Shown here one piece after another: positions 50,915 through 59,554 of a stretch of 64,000 bases of DNA. The position numbers were made by a program, and so were the translations under genes. The first letter of the stretch is position 1; each line of letters opens with the position of its first letter. The DNA comes from Gemmatimonadota bacterium (GTDB lineage: Bacteria; Gemmatimonadota; Gemmatimonadetes; Longimicrobiales; Gaopeijiaceae). The notes beneath the pieces were generated by a model, which made no database searches, was not told where the DNA came from, and saw only the letters and a program-made list of their open reading frames with translations. The stretch spans positions 4,603 through 68,602 of the forward strand of contig QJYK01000207.1 of the NCBI GenBank assembly GCA_003248075.1. The letters are read 5' to 3'.

Positions 50915-51448
50915 ATGACTCGCCTGGCTCCGACGCTCATCCTGGCCGCCCTGGCCGCCGCGCCCGCCTCGCTGCATGCCCAGGCCTCGGCGGATCGGGG
51001 GTGGAAGCCCGCGGAGATCGGCCTGCGGGCGGGATACGACAACAACTCCCAGGGCTCCGTGGTGGGAGCGCAGCTGCACATCCCGCTGCTCCCGTCCGGG
51101 CTGGTCGAGCTGTCTCCGAACGGCGACATCACCTTCTATCGCGGCTTGAAGGACTACCAGGTCGCGATCGATGCCGTTTTCGTCACCGGCGCGCGGCGTG
51201 CCGGGTTCTTCGGCGGCGTCGGCTGGGCGAGGCGCCGCTCGATCTTCAGCGACGGCGAGACCCCCCGCGAGTGGAAGGCGGGTTGGGACCTGGTGGCCGG
51301 GGTGCGCACCGCCGCGGACCCTCGCGCCACCCTTCCTGTCGGCATCCAGCTCGAGATGCGTTGGGTCTTCGTCGACGACGTCTACAAGCCGCAGGTTCTC
51401 ACCTTCGGCGTCAACGTCCCGCTTTGGGGTTGGGGGGGCCGTCGGTAG
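50915..51448 (+). CDS. small outer-membrane beta-barrel-like protein
   Basis: AAAGGGA SD then ATG 50915. Signal 'MTRLAPTLILAALAAAPASLHAQ'. Alternating hydrophobic beta-strand pattern. Family not identified. Confidence 0.65.
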   Translation: MTRLAPTLILAALAAAPASLHAQASADRGWKPAEIGLRAGYDNNSQGSVVGAQLHIPLLPSGLVELSPNGDITFYRGLKDYQVAIDAVFVTGARRAGFFGGVGWARRRSIFSDGETPREWKAGWDLVAGVRTAADPRATLPVGIQLEMRWVFVDDVYKPQVLTFGVNVPLWGWGGRR

Positions 51449-51459
51449 AGGTCGAGGAC

Positions 51460-52623
51460 ATGGGGACAACCCCACCGCGATGGCCGGCGGTCGCGATCAT
51501 CTTCGTCAACGCGTGCGCGTCCCCCGTCGGTTCCGGCGAGTCCGATCCCCCGAAGGGCGGTGATTACGCCCTCGAGGTCGTCGCACGGGGCCTGGAGGCC
51601 CCGCTGCTGCTCGTGGCCCCTCCGGACGACGCACGGCTCTTCGTGGTCGAGCAGGCCGGGCGGATCAGGATCGTCCGTGGCGGGTCGGTGCTCCAAACCC
51701 CCTACCTGGACCTTACGGACCGGGTGGGCAGCGGCGGTGAGCGGGGGCTTCTCGGCCTCGCGTTCGACCCCGACTTCGACACGACGGGACGGCTCTGGGT
51801 CATGTACACGGACCGCGACGGTGTCTCCACCGTGGAGGAGTTTCGTGACGTCCCCGGAACGGATCGGGCAGACCCGACCTCCGGACAGGTTTACCTCCGT
51901 CTGGCACAGCCGTACGCGAATCACAACGGGGGGCATCTGGCGTTCGGGCTGGACGGTTTCCTGTACGTCGGGCTGGGTGACGGGGGCGGCGGCGGCGACC
52001 CGCTGGGGAGCGGTCAGGACCGATCCACGCTGCTCGGCTCGATCCTTCGCGTGGACCCGCGGAGCGCTCCCGGTCCACCCTGGGCGATCCCGACGTCCAA
52101 CCCGTTCGTGGGCAGTCAGGGCGCTCGGGGGGAGCTCTTCCACTACGGTCTGCGCAACCCCTGGCGATTCTCCTTCGACGGCGTCGACGGCAGGCTGTGG
52201 ATCGCCGACGTCGGTCAGAACCGCTGGGAGGAGGTGGACGCCGTCGCCGTGTCCGAGAGTGGCGTCAACTTCGGTTGGAACCTCATGGAGGGACCGGACT
52301 GCTACGGCGCGACCTCCTGCGACCGCTCCGGCCTGCGGGAGCCCGTTTTCGCATACGACCACGACCTCGGATGCTCCATCACCGGCGGTCATGTCTACCG
52401 CGGAAAGATCCTTGCCGCGCTGGTGGGATGGTACGTGTTCTCCGACTACTGCGCCGGGTGGCTGCGCGCCCTGAAGCCGACCGCGGCGGGCGACGTAGAA
52501 ACCGTCGTGGACCTGGGCGTGCCGCAGGGCGGCCGCGTCACGTCGTTCGGGACGGACGCCGACGGAGAGCTGTACGTGCTCGTGCAGGAGGGGATCGTCT
52601 ACCGGCTCGTGGCCGCCCGGTGA
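51460..52623 (+). CDS. PQQ-dependent sugar dehydrogenase (GDH-B family) paralogue, lipoprotein-type signal
   Basis: ATG 51460. 'VAIIFVNACAS'. 'GERGLLGLAFDPDF', 'HNGGHLAFGLDGFLYVGLGDGG', 'GLRNPWRFSFD...LWIADVGQNRWEEV', 'NFGWN'. Listed ORF 50440..52623 is over-extended. Confidence 0.88.
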   Translation: MGTTPPRWPAVAIIFVNACASPVGSGESDPPKGGDYALEVVARGLEAPLLLVAPPDDARLFVVEQAGRIRIVRGGSVLQTPYLDLTDRVGSGGERGLLGLAFDPDFDTTGRLWVMYTDRDGVSTVEEFRDVPGTDRADPTSGQVYLRLAQPYANHNGGHLAFGLDGFLYVGLGDGGGGGDPLGSGQDRSTLLGSILRVDPRSAPGPPWAIPTSNPFVGSQGARGELFHYGLRNPWRFSFDGVDGRLWIADVGQNRWEEVDAVAVSESGVNFGWNLMEGPDCYGATSCDRSGLREPVFAYDHDLGCSITGGHVYRGKILAALVGWYVFSDYCAGWLRALKPTAAGDVETVVDLGVPQGGRVTSFGTDADGELYVLVQEGIVYRLVAAR

Positions 52624-52626
52624 CCG

Positions 52627-53451
52627 TCAGGATCGTACGATCCTGATCGCGTTGTCGTCGAGGTCGAAGACCGTGCCCTCCCCCAGGTCCCCGAGTATCC
52701 GCTCCCGGGCCGCCATCGACGGCACCACCAGGTCCACGGACGCCAGGCCGAGAGCGCCCCGGGGAGGCCGGGGGGCTCCGCTCCCGCCCCAGACGTTGAG
52801 CCCGAAATGGTGATGGTACCCGCCGGCCGCCACGAACAGGGCACCGGGATAGTCACGGGTGGTGACCTCGAAGCCCATGCGCCGGACGTAGAAGGCCTCG
52901 GCGGCGGCCAACGTGGACACCCGCAGGTGCACGTGCCCCACCCGTGTGCCCTCGGGCAGGCGCTCGGCCGGCCTCTGCAATCCGGCCACCAGCGTCCCGG
53001 GGTCGAGGGCTTCGGTCGTCATGAACATGCGGCCGTCCGGGAGGCGCCACGCCGACGGGGCCCGGTCCGCGTAAAGCTCGATTCCGTTCCCCTCGAGGTC
53101 CTCCAGGTATACCGCCTCGCTCACGTTGTGGTCTGAGAACCCGGTGAACATCGCTCCCGCCTCGCGGGCACGGAGGGTCAGGGCCCCCAGGTCCCCTCGA
53201 GAAGGCAGGAGGAACGCCACGTGGAAGAGCCCCGTGGATCCGCGCGGCGCCGACGGCGCGCCAGGTGCCGCATGCAGAACCAGGAGGGGCGGCCCGCTCT
53301 CGGTTCCCAGGGCCGCCGTCCCCGAGTCCTCAGCCAGCACGGAAAAGCCCAGGGCCTCCCTGTACCATCGGGCCGCGCCCTCGAGATCGCTCACCCGCAG
53401 GTGGACCGCGCCAAGACGGACATCGGCGGGAAGCACGGGTGGGCGTGTCAT
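52627..53451 (-). CDS. two-domain VOC (glyoxalase/extradiol dioxygenase-like) family protein
   Basis: 274 aa. 'LGAVHLRVSDLEGAARWYREALGF', 'FHVAFLLP', 'VGHVHLRVSTLAAAEAFYVRRMGFEV', 'GGYHHHFGLNVW'. Confidence 0.85.
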   Translation of the reverse strand: MTRPPVLPADVRLGAVHLRVSDLEGAARWYREALGFSVLAEDSGTAALGTESGPPLLVLHAAPGAPSAPRGSTGLFHVAFLLPSRGDLGALTLRAREAGAMFTGFSDHNVSEAVYLEDLEGNGIELYADRAPSAWRLPDGRMFMTTEALDPGTLVAGLQRPAERLPEGTRVGHVHLRVSTLAAAEAFYVRRMGFEVTTRDYPGALFVAAGGYHHHFGLNVWGGSGAPRPPRGALGLASVDLVVPSMAARERILGDLGEGTVFDLDDNAIRIVRS

Positions 53452-53458
53452 GGCGACC

Positions 53459-54520
53459 TCACGGCCGGACGCCGTGCTCCGATCCCGGCGGCGTGTCCGG
53501 ACGGGCGGTGAGGATCACGAAGTCGGCGAGGTCGCGATGCTCGTCGTCGCTCCACGCGCCCACGTCCGTCACGGGCTGCATCACGACGGTGAGGACGCGG
53601 GTCCCGGGTCGATACTCGATCACCTTCTCCGGGATCCCGGTGTGCCACTGGACGTGGAAGGAGCCCGCGTAGTGGACGACGAGTGCCCCGGGGCGGCGCC
53701 CGAGCGCCTGAGTGATCGATTCGGCCATGGACGCGTCCCACAGAGCCTGCGCGTCCAGAGCGTTGCCGAGGTCGTGTCGTGGGGCTTCCTCACCGGCTTC
53801 CGAGGGGGGCTCAGGCGTGGCAGGGGCCGTCTCGCGTTCACTCCGCACGGAGCCGCTGTCCCCCTTCGGGGCCATCATCTCGGCCATGAGCCGGTTCCAC
53901 TGCCCCGCATACCGCTCCGAGGCGCCCGGATACGGCAGGGGCGGCAGGAATGCCTTGGCGGCCTCCGAGAGATCGTTCAGCGAGGCTGGACCGAGGCGCG
54001 TCACACGGTTCACGTACCGACGCGGTGCGTTCGCCGCGACGACCGGAAGTCGGTGGGCGCGGGCGATCTCCAACATCGGCCGGTAATCCGTATCGTACCG
54101 TTCCCACGGCCTCGAGCTACGCTTGAACTGGTCCTCGGTGATCAGGCCCTGCAGGTACTCGTCCAGCACGTACTGGACGTCCCGCTCGAACATCTCGAGC
54201 GACAGGACCACGGGTCGGCCGGCCTCCGGGCCCGCCAGCGCGCCCAGTCGCTGCGCCGCACGGAGCAGGATCTCCGACTCCACTCTGTGCCCGGTGACGT
54301 CGTCGTGCTCTTCGCCGACGAGGAGCGCGTCGATCCGGTCCACCGCCGCAAGCAGGTCCGCGAAGGAACGGTCCCGCCCGCGGGCGTCGTAGACCCGGAA
54401 GTCGGCGCCCTCCACGGGCCCGCCGGGGAGCTCGGGATGCTGACGCGCCAGGGCGGCCCCGGGAAGGCAGGTGGCGGCAGCCAACACGAGCGTCGAAACC
54501 CTGGCAATCGGTGTCACCAC
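53459..54520 (-). CDS. ChaN-family (haem-binding uptake / Tiki-like) lipoprotein
   Basis: 'ALLVGEEHDDVTGHRVESEIL', 'VLSLEMFERDVQYVLDEYL', 'LPVVAANAPRRYV', 'ALWDASMAESI', 'VHYAGSFHV'. Start placed at GTG 54520 because a terminator-like hairpin lies inside the longer ORF (to 54619). Confidence 0.78.
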   Translation of the reverse strand: MVTPIARVSTLVLAAATCLPGAALARQHPELPGGPVEGADFRVYDARGRDRSFADLLAAVDRIDALLVGEEHDDVTGHRVESEILLRAAQRLGALAGPEAGRPVVLSLEMFERDVQYVLDEYLQGLITEDQFKRSSRPWERYDTDYRPMLEIARAHRLPVVAANAPRRYVNRVTRLGPASLNDLSEAAKAFLPPLPYPGASERYAGQWNRLMAEMMAPKGDSGSVRSERETAPATPEPPSEAGEEAPRHDLGNALDAQALWDASMAESITQALGRRPGALVVHYAGSFHVQWHTGIPEKVIEYRPGTRVLTVVMQPVTDVGAWSDDEHRDLADFVILTARPDTPPGSEHGVRP

Positions 54521-54548
54521 AGAATCATCCGCTGCAGATAAGGAACGC

Positions 54549-54574
54549 GCCCGACCCTCCGGGGAGGGCCGGGC
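54549..54574 (-). terminator. GC-rich hairpin, candidate intrinsic terminator after the ATPase gene
   Basis: GCCCGACCCTCC-GG-GGAGGGCCGGGC (12-bp arms, one A/C mismatch). On the minus-strand transcript it is followed by GCGUUCCUUAUCU. Confidence 0.45.
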
Positions 54575-54661
54575 GGAGTCGTCGTCTCCAAGGTAGGGAA
54601 CGTACCCCCCAAGCGCCACGCGCGATCATGAGCGGCCCAGGCGACGCGCTCGCCAGTCCAT

Positions 54662-55504
54662 TCACTCGTCCTCGGACCAGATGAGCCGGAGGAACCGCTC
54701 GGGGGCCTGGAGGAAGTCGCGCATGAGCCGCACCGGCTCCAGCTCGTCGTAGGTCACGGGGCGCACGGGCGGATCGTCGAAGGAGAGAATCTCGGCACCC
54801 GGGATCGCCATGAGCATCGGCGAGTGGGTCGCGATCACGAACTGCGAGCCGGACGCAACGGCGTCCTTCACCATCGCCAGGAAGCCGAGCTGACTCTGCG
54901 GCGACAGGGCGGCTTCGGGCTCGTCGAGGAAGAACAGACCGTCCGGGGCGAGTCGCGACCCGAAGAGGCGAAGAAACGCCTCCCCGTGTGACGCGGCGTC
55001 CGGGTTGTCGCCGTAGCGGCGGGACATGTCCGTCAGGGAAGCGCGGTGCGGTCCCATCGCCAGGCTGCGCGCATAGCCGGAGGCGCCCGCCATCTCACGG
55101 TCGATACGCGCCATCTCCGACTCGTGGTCGGCCCGCGCCCGAGCGATCTGCCTCTGGAACCCGAAGAAGTCCTCGGCTCGCAGGAAGAAGCCACGATGTG
55201 TTCGCCGCCTCCACGAAAGCCGGAAGTGCCGGGCGAGGCGGCGCTGGGCCTCGAGCGTGGGGTCGGCCGAGAGTCGTGTCGAGCCCACCGCCGGTAGGTC
55301 CACGGCGAGCGCGAGCGATTCGAGGAACGTGGACTTTCCGGTTCCGTTCTCTCCGACCAGGAGCGTGACCGACGCCTCCAGATCGATGCCCGCGAAGCCT
55401 CTCAGCGCCGGCACCGAGAACGGGAAGGCGTGGACCTCTTCCGGAGCTTCGTAGCGCACGGCGGCCAGCTGGACGGGCGGCAGGTCCGCGCCCCGCGGTG
55501 CCAC
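54662..55504 (-). CDS. stand-alone ABC/SMC-like AAA ATPase (AAA_21-type), unknown role
   Basis: 280 aa. Walker A 'VGENGTGKSTFLESL', signature-like 'ASHGEAFL', Walker B 'LFFLDEPEAALSP', 'VIATHSPML'. Confidence 0.85.
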   Translation of the reverse strand: MAPRGADLPPVQLAAVRYEAPEEVHAFPFSVPALRGFAGIDLEASVTLLVGENGTGKSTFLESLALAVDLPAVGSTRLSADPTLEAQRRLARHFRLSWRRRTHRGFFLRAEDFFGFQRQIARARADHESEMARIDREMAGASGYARSLAMGPHRASLTDMSRRYGDNPDAASHGEAFLRLFGSRLAPDGLFFLDEPEAALSPQSQLGFLAMVKDAVASGSQFVIATHSPMLMAIPGAEILSFDDPPVRPVTYDELEPVRLMRDFLQAPERFLRLIWSEDE

Positions 55505-55525
55505 GCGCCGGTTCCTGGCGACCCG

Positions 55526-57388
55526 CTAGCGGGCGTCCGGAGACCAACGGTTGTCGGCCCGGTTGACGTCCGGGAAGCGCCGCTCCGGATCCAGAACCAC
55601 CTCGGTCACGGCGCCCGAGACCTCCAGCCGGATGGCCATGGCCCCGGAGCGCCACTCTCGCACGTCCGCCATTGCCCGACTGCGGGCACCCGTGTCCGTA
55701 CGTACCTCGACGATGACCGGCATCGGGATCTCGCCCCGGTCCTCCACGACCACGGTGACCGCTCCGTCCCCCTGGGTCACCTGCCCGATGCCCTGATCCA
55801 GGACACGGGTCGTGTACATCCAGGGTTGGAAGTACCAATCGAGGTCGCGGCCGGACACGTCCTCGAAGGTCCAGAACAGGTCCAGCGGCGTCGGGTGCTT
55901 GAAGGCCCATCGACGCAGGTACGCGCGCAGCGCGCCGTCGAAGACGGCCGGGCCCAGGATGGCGCGGAGCGCCCTGAAGACCGTCGCGGGCTTCTGATAG
56001 GATGCGATTCCGCGGTTTCCGAACGGTCCGTAGAGATCGGCAGGACGCATGGATTCCGTCTCCCGGTCGGTCCCGGCCACCCGTAGGTATCGGTCCATCG
56101 TCGAGAGCCCGGCATCCTCTTCCGGAAAGAGCAGCGGGGTCGCCAGGTCCTCCGCGAACGACGCCAGCCCCTCGTCCATCCAGGCGTGGCTGCGCTCGTC
56201 CGATCCCGCCACCATCGGCCACCACATGTGTGCGAGCTCGTGCGAGATCACCCCGTACAACGCCAGTGGCGTGCGTCCACCCCCGATGATCGTGATCATG
56301 GGGTACTCCATTCCACCCCCTATGACCCCCTCGTTGACCGTCATCTGCGGGTATGGATACGGATACCAGCTCGAGTGCGTCTCGATCGCGTGTCGCGCGA
56401 ACTCGGCACTCCGCCCCCAGTTGGGCTTGTCGGGGCGATAGAACGTGTAGATCGCGGAGCGGGCCGTCGTGCCATCGTCCGCCGGGTATTCGGCGACGGT
56501 ACCGTCCCACACGTACCGGCTCGAAGCGCCCCAAGCGAAGTCCCGCACATTGTGTGCGGCGAAGCGCCAGGTCAGCGTCCCGTCCGTTCCTGCAGGCGCG
56601 GTCGCTCGTCCCTCGTCCCGGTCCCTCCGGGTCACGATGTGGGTCACGCGCCCGCGCTCCAACGAGCGCATCCTGGAGACCGCATCGGCGGTCAGCACCT
56701 CGTCCGCATTCTCGAGGACCCCCGACGCGCTCACGAGCCAGCCGCCAGGCACGGTGACCTCCACGGTGAAGTCCCCGTAGTCGAGGTAGAACTCCCCGTC
56801 TCCCAGATAGGGGTCACGCACCCAACCGCGCAGATCGTCGTACGTCGCAACCTGCGGGTACCACTGTGCGAGGTAGAACACCTCGGAGGCCTCGCGCCCC
56901 ATGCGGAACGTCCCCTCAGGAACCAAGAAGCCCCAATCGATCTCGACAACAGCGGAGGCACGCGGAAGCAGAGGTGTTGTCAACGGCACGGACAGCACCG
57001 TGCCCACCGAGCCGGCCGCCCGTTGTAACGGAACAGCACGTCCCTGGACTACGATCCTCGTCACGTCGAATCCACCCGTGATCGGTGCGGTCCGATTCCG
57101 CGGACTACCCGGTGCGAACACGTTCTGCGCGAGGTTGAGCACGATCTCGCGCAGCGTATCCGGGGACTGATTCTGGTAAACGATCGCCTCCGATCCCGTG
57201 ACACGATTCTCCTCCGGGATGAGGCGTGTCCGAATGTCGTATGCGACGCGCTGCTGCCAGTACGATCCACCGGGGGCACCCGAGCGGCTGCGGGTGTCGT
57301 TGAGAAGCGCAGCCCGGTACGCGTCCGGAACGGGAATCGTGTCTGCGGGCAGCATCAGAAGACCGGCGAGGGCGAACGGATGCATCAT
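55526..57388 (-). CDS. M1-family zinc metallopeptidase (aminopeptidase N-like), secreted
   Basis: GGAGG, 6 nt, then ATGATG 57388. Signal 'MMHPFALAGLLMLPA'. 'GGMEYPMIT', 'HELAHMWW...WMDEGLASF' (HExxH-18-E). Listed start 57496 is over-extended. Confidence 0.9.
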   Translation of the reverse strand: MMHPFALAGLLMLPADTIPVPDAYRAALLNDTRSRSGAPGGSYWQQRVAYDIRTRLIPEENRVTGSEAIVYQNQSPDTLREIVLNLAQNVFAPGSPRNRTAPITGGFDVTRIVVQGRAVPLQRAAGSVGTVLSVPLTTPLLPRASAVVEIDWGFLVPEGTFRMGREASEVFYLAQWYPQVATYDDLRGWVRDPYLGDGEFYLDYGDFTVEVTVPGGWLVSASGVLENADEVLTADAVSRMRSLERGRVTHIVTRRDRDEGRATAPAGTDGTLTWRFAAHNVRDFAWGASSRYVWDGTVAEYPADDGTTARSAIYTFYRPDKPNWGRSAEFARHAIETHSSWYPYPYPQMTVNEGVIGGGMEYPMITIIGGGRTPLALYGVISHELAHMWWPMVAGSDERSHAWMDEGLASFAEDLATPLLFPEEDAGLSTMDRYLRVAGTDRETESMRPADLYGPFGNRGIASYQKPATVFRALRAILGPAVFDGALRAYLRRWAFKHPTPLDLFWTFEDVSGRDLDWYFQPWMYTTRVLDQGIGQVTQGDGAVTVVVEDRGEIPMPVIVEVRTDTGARSRAMADVREWRSGAMAIRLEVSGAVTEVVLDPERRFPDVNRADNRWSPDAR

Positions 57389-57540
57389 GACGGACCTCCG
57401 ACCTCGGGCCGGCTCGTAGGCTGCTTGGCATGACGGCCGGTCCCAGGCGGGACCGGCGGCATCCGGAGTGTCGCTCCGGGGGGTCGGGGCCAGCAACCCC
57501 CCGGACGCGATGGATGGTCAGCGAAGCGCCGGCGAACGGC

Positions 57541-58110
57541 TCAGATCTGCTCGAGGTCCTTGCGCGCCCGGTCCAAGACCTCGCGGATCCGTTCGATCCG
57601 CTCCTCGTCCGAGCGCGCCGCGGCCTTGAACGCGGTCTTCGTCAAACGGCCCCACGCGCTCCAGATCTCCGCGCTCTCCGGGCCCACGGTCCCGCTCCAT
57701 TCCTTCCAGCCGCCGGCGCGTTTCCAGATGCGGGCGATGGACTCCTCGTGAAGCAGGATCTCCTCCCGCCCCGCGTCCGTCAGCTGATACACCTTCTTGC
57801 CATCTTCCTCCTGGACCCTGACGAGGCCCTCGTCCTCGAGCTGCTGCAGTACCGGATAGACGGTCCCGGCGCTGGCCTGATAGAGGCCCCCGGAGCGCTC
57901 CTCGAGCCTCTTCATGAGCTCGTATCCGTGCGCCGGACCGTCATCGAGAAGGGACAACAGGGCCAGTCGGACTTCCCCCTGACGAAAGAATGCCCGCCTG
58001 GGGCCCTGACCCCTCCCCGCCCGACCCCTTCCCCGCCGGCGGGGCCCGAACCCGAAGTCCCAATCGAAGATCCAGTCGAAATCCCGGCTCATGCATCCGA
58101 TTCCAATCAT
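57541..58110 (-). CDS. PadR-family transcriptional regulator
   Basis: 'RLALLSLLDDGPAHGYELMKRLEERSGGLYQASAGTVYPVLQQLEDEGLVRVQEEDGKKVYQLTDAGRE'. GGAGGA SD before ATG 58110. Confidence 0.85.
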   Translation of the reverse strand: MIGIGCMSRDFDWIFDWDFGFGPRRRGRGRAGRGQGPRRAFFRQGEVRLALLSLLDDGPAHGYELMKRLEERSGGLYQASAGTVYPVLQQLEDEGLVRVQEEDGKKVYQLTDAGREEILLHEESIARIWKRAGGWKEWSGTVGPESAEIWSAWGRLTKTAFKAAARSDEERIERIREVLDRARKDLEQI

Positions 58111-58123
58111 CCTTCAATCCTCC

Positions 58124-58183
58124 GCGATGCAACGGACAATGTATCGTAGATTGTGTCGTACGATATATACTCCGATGCATCGC
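58124..58183. promoter_or_regulatory. 60-nt imperfect palindrome in a low-GC intergenic region upstream of the PadR gene
   Basis: Outer arms GCGATGCA (58124-58131) / TGCATCGC (58176-58183) and inner arms GTATCGTA (58141-58148) / TACGATAT (58159-58166) share one centre. 21 of 25 arm positions are complementary. Confidence 0.5.
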
Positions 58184-58232
58184 CGCAAGGCGTTTCGGGT
58201 CGGGTCAGATTGTGGACGATTCTCTCAAAAGC

Positions 58233-59132
58233 TCAGCGTCGCCCCAGCTCCTCCAACTCCTCGAGCGTGCGCGGCCAGTCGTCTCCGAGAAGGCGGCTGA
58301 GCCCGCGGTCGGCGAGGACCTTGCCCCCGGTCTGGCACCTGGCACAGTAGTTGGTTTCCCGATCCGCATACCTGATGCGCTGGATCGGTGACCCACACTG
58401 TGGGCATGGCTCCCCGAACCGGCCGTGCGCGGCCATGCCAGGGTGGAAGGCCGTGATCTTCTCGGGGAACGCGCCCGCGAACTCCTCGCGCAGACGGGCG
58501 ATCCACTCGCGCAGGGACGCCTGGGCGACCCAGTGCAGGCGCGACATCTCCTCGCCGTCCAGCTGGTGCGTGGTGCGCAAAGGGGAGAGACGGGCCTGGA
58601 GCAGGATCTCGTCCGAGTGGGCGTTTCCGATCCCACTCAGGATCCGCGGATCGGTCAGCGCCCGCTTGAGCGTCCGGTTCTCGCGCCTCAGCGCCGCCGA
58701 GAACTCCTCCAGCGAGCTGTCCAACACCTCGAGACCACCGGGATCGAGAGCTCCCAGGGCCTCATCCCCCCATACGGCGTGTAGTGAGGCCCGCTTGTGC
58801 GAGGCGCGCTCGGTGAGAAGAAGCGTGCCCGCAGGGAAGTCGAAGGCCCCGTGTGCACCTTTCCTGGGGACCGCCGCTCCCCTCTTCTTCCAGTGGAAGC
58901 GTCCCGAGATCATCAGATGGAAGACGAGATGGAGCCCGTCCTCGAGGTGCCAGACGATCCGCTTTCCGATTCGCCCGAATCCGGTGACCACTCTTCCCTC
59001 GGCGGCGGCGATCGGCGGATCCCAGGTGCGCAGCAGCGACGGCGACCGCAGCCGGATCCGTTCCAGGCGCTGGCCCGCAAGGTCGCGCTCGAGGGCCTCC
59101 ACGTAGGCTGTGATCTCGGGGAGTTCCGGCAT
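58233..59132 (-). CDS. Fpg/Nei-family DNA glycosylase/AP lyase
   Basis: 'MPELPEITAY' (catalytic Pro2/Glu3), H2TH region, C-terminal zinc finger 'CPQCGSPIQRIRYADRETNYCARCQ'. Confidence 0.9.
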   Translation of the reverse strand: MPELPEITAYVEALERDLAGQRLERIRLRSPSLLRTWDPPIAAAEGRVVTGFGRIGKRIVWHLEDGLHLVFHLMISGRFHWKKRGAAVPRKGAHGAFDFPAGTLLLTERASHKRASLHAVWGDEALGALDPGGLEVLDSSLEEFSAALRRENRTLKRALTDPRILSGIGNAHSDEILLQARLSPLRTTHQLDGEEMSRLHWVAQASLREWIARLREEFAGAFPEKITAFHPGMAAHGRFGEPCPQCGSPIQRIRYADRETNYCARCQTGGKVLADRGLSRLLGDDWPRTLEELEELGRR

Positions 59133-59227
59133 GTTCCCATGGTACCCGCGGCGGCCGCCTGAGACGAGCCCCTTGCGGCCAGGCTCCTCGGGCCGGAGGT
59201 TTTCTGTACGCCAGACGGGAGGCTCCC

Positions 59228-59554
59228 ATGGAAGCTCGCTGCACGGGGTGCGGGGGGCGGGTGATGCCGTACCACCAATACGTCACCCACTTCAGGCCGA
59301 CTGCGACATGCGCGTCCTGCGGGCGTGTCGTGCGCTTCCGGTTCTTTTCCCCCGTCCTGGTCGTGCTGGGCACGACCGTGCTCGTCTTTTTCGGCTTCAC
59401 GCGGTTCGTGGACTCGGTGGCCCTGGAAGTCACCGTGGGAGCGGCGCTGATCCTGCTCGGGCTCCTCGGCGACCTCTGGACCTACAAGAAGGTCGCATGG
59501 GATCCGGTACGCAGTGAAGGCGAGGCCACGGGCTCGCGTACCGCCTCAGCGTAG
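59228..59554 (+). CDS. small zinc-ribbon membrane protein, unknown function
   Basis: 'CTGCGG...CASCG' followed by two TM helices (FFSPVLVVLGTTVLVFFGF; VTVGAALILLGLLGDLW). Confidence 0.55.
   Translation: MEARCTGCGGRVMPYHQYVTHFRPTATCASCGRVVRFRFFSPVLVVLGTTVLVFFGFTRFVDSVALEVTVGAALILLGLLGDLWTYKKVAWDPVRSEGEATGSRTASA

Noticed and set aside
50440-51459. 5' extension of ORF 50440..52623 (727 aa), and likewise 50771..51475 of ORF 49847..51475
   Set aside because: Pro/Arg/Gly-rich read-through across neighbouring genes. Internal starts with an SD and signal peptides (51460; 50770) fit the homologous domains.
54662-55504. AAA_21-type ATPase as the core of a phage-defence system (Gabija/Septu/PARIS-like)
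   Set aside because: No adjacent nuclease, TOPRIM, helicase or other partner gene. Flanked by ChaN and an M1 peptidase, with its own terminator, so the evidence is insufficient.
8261-57388. Tricorn-like protease and an M1 peptidase as a Tricorn plus interacting-factor system
   Set aside because: The two genes are about 44 kb apart and both carry signal peptides. There is no operonic link, so the association is only thematic.
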